NCBI GenBank assembly: GCA_951406725.2
Contig: OX597822.1
Span: forward strand, 63,426,001-63,490,000
Origin: Octopus vulgaris
Lineage: Eukaryota
DNA: 64,000 nt
Direction of reading: 5' to 3'
In this document: one piece after another, positions 60,114 to 64,000 of the stretch
Position numbering within the stretch: position 1 is the first letter of the stretch
Layout of the letters: each line of letters opens with the position of its first letter
The notes under the pieces: model-generated
The model's input: the letters and a program-made list of their open reading frames with translations, nothing else
Told to the model about the DNA's origin: nothing
Database searches by the model: none
Position numbers and translations under genes: made by a program

Positions 60114-61267
60114 TGCTGCAGTGTGTGAGGAGGTCAAAGAATACCTTAGATGAAGTAATTAGTTCAAAACTTAAAAAGGATGTGAAATCACGCTGAGGTG
60201 GTAATGACTCATGATTGATGAAAATATGACATATTGCAGTCTTTCTTTTTGTTTTTTGTGTATAAATAAATCAATGTCTACAGAGAAATACTGACTGACT
60301 TGAATCTGTCTATAAGAAGCAATAATGATGATAATGTTGCTGCTGATGATGTTGATGGTGATGGTGACGGTGATGATGACTGTGATGTGGAAGATGAATG
60401 ATTTTTCATGGTCTGACCCATGCAAGGATGGGAAAATGGACATTAAATGATGATGATGATGATGATGACGATGATGGTGGCGGTGATAGTGATGATGATA
60501 ATGACAATGATGACCACGACGATGAATGATACTCTCTCTTTACTCTTTTATTTGATTCAGTTGTTTGACTGTGGCCATGCTGGAGCACCACCTTTAGTCG
60601 AGCAAATCGGCCCCAGGACTTATTCTTTGGAAGCCTAGTACTTATTCTATTGGTCTCTTTTCCCCGAACAACTAAGTTATGGAGATGTAAACACACCAGC
60701 ATCGGTTGTCAGGCGATGTTGCGGGGACAAACACAGACACACAAACATACACACATATATAGATATACATATATACGACGGGCTTCTTTCAGTTTCCATC
60801 TACCAAATCCACTCACAAGGCTTTGGTCGGCCTGAGGCTATAGTAGAAGACACTGGCCCAAGGTCCCACGGTGTGGACTGAACCTGGAACTATGTGGTTG
60901 GTAAGAAAGCTACTTACCACACAGTCATTCCTGATGATGATGATAATGTTGATGCATATGAAGATGTTTTTTTTTTGCTTTATGATTGATGGTGGTGGTG
61001 GTGGTGGTGGTGGTGGTGGTGGTTATGATGATGATAATAATGATGGTGATGGTGATGATGATGAATGGAGGTGGTGTTGGTGATCTTGAATTGTGTGAGT
61101 CTCTTGCCTTAACTCAATGCTGCCCTTTGGCACTATCATCATCATCATCATCATCATCATTGTGCAATTATGTGTATCATATTTCACACTTCTTTGGTAA
61201 CTAGGAACCTATTTTCTACCATAAGGAGCAAATTGTCTGTGTTTTAATTCTTATCAACAAACAGCCA

Positions 61268-61483
61268 GATTTTGTACAGCAGAGAAAGAAGAATAGAGCT
61301 TTTAAGAAATCTACAGTATGTACAGCTGCTGTTGCTGTTGTTTAACCCTAGGTCATCCCTGAGTGAGCAGAACTATAATCAAAGTCATTCCAGAGTTGAC
61401 CACCATAATCTTTGAGTGTGGGGGATGGGGGTGGAGGAGTGTTTATGAAGGACATACACTGTCTACTAATGTGTTCTTTATTT
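61268..61483 (+). repeat. About 215-bp direct repeat, copy 1 (copy 2 at 63783-64000)
   Basis: GATTTT.TACAGCAGAGAAAGAAGAATA.AGCTTTTAAGAAATCTACAGTATGTACAGCTGCTG...GGACATACACTGTCT.CTAATGTG.TCTTTATTTT is shared. Confidence 0.9.
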
Positions 61484-62299
61484 TAAAAGTGTAGCGGCAC
61501 AATCAGCCAGCACCATATTGGATGAGATCTTGCGGCAGATATAGCCATCTCCAAGACTGGAGCAAGATTTCACCTGCATCCATTTGCCATGTGTGAGATC
61601 ACAATGAGGCTCGCGATGGAAACTATATAAAGGGAAAACCCGATTCAAATATCTCTCTGCCAGCACCGCCTAGACTGGCTTCCGTGCCGGTGGTACGTAA
61701 AAAGCACCATTTGAACGTGGCCAATGCCAGCGCCGGCTTGACTGGCTTCTGTGCCGATGGCACGTAAAAAGCACCAATCCAATCATGGCTGTTGCAAGCC
61801 TCGCCTGGCACCTGTGCCGGTGGCATGTAAAAAGCACCAACTACACTCATGGAGTGGTTGGCGTTAGGAAGGGCATCCAGCTGTAGAAACACTGCCTGAT
61901 CAGACCGGAGTCTGGTGCAGCCTTCTGGCTACCCAGATCCCCAGTCGAACCGTCCAACCCATGCTAGCATGGAGAACGGACGTTAAACGATGATGATGAT
62001 GATGATGACGTCACTTTGTGAACACCACCACTAGCTGAGGCTTTCTGCCTGTCTATCTCCAGAGGCAATGCACCCACACTAATGGAGCTATGTACACAAC
62101 GCACACAGCTAAAGATGGTAGCAGAGAGCAGCACGCTACACCTATCCTGTAAAACTTGTAAATAAGCCATTTGTAAATTGCATTTGTACTTGAAGTCTTC
62201 TCTCTTCGCCTGCCAAAAGCCTGCCGAAAGCCTGTACTACACGAAGAACAAAAAGATGATGGAAGGAGACGATATTCTTCCGATATCGTAAACCTTGCC

Positions 62300-63400
62300 T
62301 TCCATTATTAAAGAAGTATTAGGTTGCTCTTTCTATCAGGCTGCATGAATGTGTGGAGGTTCCATTGTTGTTTCAAATATTTGCTGCTTTGAGTATTTCT
62401 GAAAATTATTTCGAGTATTTCTTAAAATGCAACAGGAGTGTATTATGCTATGTACTCCAGCATGTTGTCAAAAATAACAAAAGTTTTCAATTTTAATACT
62501 GTTCAACCACATCTTAGAATCCTGTATACTTTGATGTTATTCATCTATGAGAAGGATAACCATTTTCATTTGTTTGGGATTCGTTGGCGAATGGACTTGG
62601 AAACCATTGGATGCATTTGCTTTCCATGCAAGATTAATTCCTGTTGAGGAAATCATTTTAGCCATGAACAGTTTGGGTTTTAACAACATTGAAGAGCTTA
62701 TCTCATTCAGGATGTGGGAGCTCTGCTGATATGAAGGAATATATTTCATTGGACTGAATCTGTTTCATTAACCATAACAAGATATAGCAAGTCCCATTTT
62801 TTCTCACCATTTTTGGGCATACATATGACTAACTGGCCAAAATATATAATGTTCTTAAGTGGAAATCCCTGGTTTTGAGATCATACCTGTGACTGCATGT
62901 TTCACTTTGAAAAAAATTTTTTTGAATTTCTTTCCATTTAGAGTTACAGGTAAAAGTAATGAAGAGTTGTGAGTGACTGAACAATGAACATATGTCATTA
63001 GATTCTGTAATCACCTATGCAGGTATCAAGTGTGATCATTAAAACTTGAAGGAAGAATGCAAAGCCGACATAATGATGCCAGCCACATCATTATTGATTG
63101 ATTATATAAGAGTATTGCCACAGGTGAGTTTGATTTTGGTTCTGCTGTAACACAATCTCATAGATTACATTTGTCCTCTGCAAAATGGTGGAAAATTGTC
63201 TGATTTTAAGATAAGTGGGTAAATGATCTTGAGTCATAAATAGCTATAGAATTTCATGCGTGAGACAAATTTTGAAGAATTTTATTTAACATGTGCTATT
63301 CCTAAATGAATGGAGCATTATTGATGGGAACACCATTGGAGTGAATCACTCTTAAAAGGAAGACTATATTTGGTTGTGACTGTAATTTGAACTTGACCTA
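62300..63400 (-). pseudogene. Decayed Helitron Rep (HUH endonuclease) fragment
   Basis: Minus strand across frameshifts: KFVSRMKFYSY, CRLCILPSSF..YLH..LMTYV, QLFITFTCNSKWKEIQ..HRYDL..R.FHL, HMYAQKW..GL..ILLWL..FISAELPHPE..VVKTQTVHG..SCM..KC..FP..Q..ENGYP, in the order of Helitron Rep motifs. Confidence 0.85.
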
Positions 63401-63782
63401 CAAAATTTTACTTCCATAACGTTGCTATTGATAACAAATATCAGCTACTAAAAATAACCTGACTGATTTTAATTAAAGCAGCTGGTCAAATTTTATAGGT
63501 GCAAGTTCAAATTACTGTCTTGAAATGTAATCTTTCCTTTTATGAGTAGTTTGCTTGAATAAAACTACACGCAGCATAATACAACGAGAAGGTTTCAATG
63601 TAATCCCTCTTACCCACCAGAAATAGCAGCTACATCTTCCTCAGTTCACATCTTACTGCCTTAAATAAGGAAATCTACACTGGATCATAAAGTACTCATC
63701 AATTTTGGAAATGCAAACTTGATAGAAGTGAGATGGCCCTTCCCTCTGGTACCTATTTACAGCTAGTTGAACTGTGCTATTG

Positions 63783-64000
63783 GATTTTATACAGCAGAGA
63801 AAGAAGAATACAGCTTTTAAGAAATCTACAGTATGTACAGCTGCTGCTGCTGATGTTTAACCCTAGGTCATCCCTGAGTGAGCAGAACTATAATCAAAGT
63901 CATTCCAGAGTTGACCACCATGATCTTTGAGTGTGAGGGATGGGGGTGGGGGAGTGTTTATCTAGGACATACACTGTCTGCTAATGTGATCTTTATTTTT
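63783..64000 (+). repeat. About 215-bp direct repeat, copy 2 (runs off the window edge)
   Basis: Roughly 90% identical by eye to 61268-61483. Confidence 0.9.

Noticed and set aside
59743-61204. ORFs with poly-L, S, M, G or V runs
   Set aside because: Products of (GAA)n, (GAT)n and (GGT)n microsatellites, with no splice or domain support.
61484-61655. Possible minus-strand exon (TTTTCCCTTTATATAG ... CAG|GTGAAA)
   Set aside because: No recognisable protein in any frame and no partner exons found.

Overview
AT-rich, repeat-dense animal genomic DNA. The SINE, RTE-LINE and MITE families look like those of an octopus (coleoid cephalopod); this is inferred from the repeats, not checked. One host gene can be rebuilt by hand: a + strand RANBP3-like gene with 16 visible coding exons (6104-37578, about 562 aa). 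It has two FxFG motifs, a Ran-binding domain and a C-terminal bipartite-NLS-like motif; its start codon was not found. Most of the rest is transposon-derived: a near-intact RTE LINE (47430-51170) whose 5' 1.14 kb is mirrored as a near-perfect palindrome (46283-48572) and whose RT carries an internal PHD-type finger; many 5'-truncated copies of it; three tRNA-derived SINE families; piggyBac, hAT and Tc1/mariner MITEs; a Penelope-like remnant with a minimal hammerhead ribozyme fold inside a RANBP3 intron; and a decayed Helitron Rep. Almost all short ORFs in the supplied track are by-products of repeats. Coordinates and alignments were worked out by eye.
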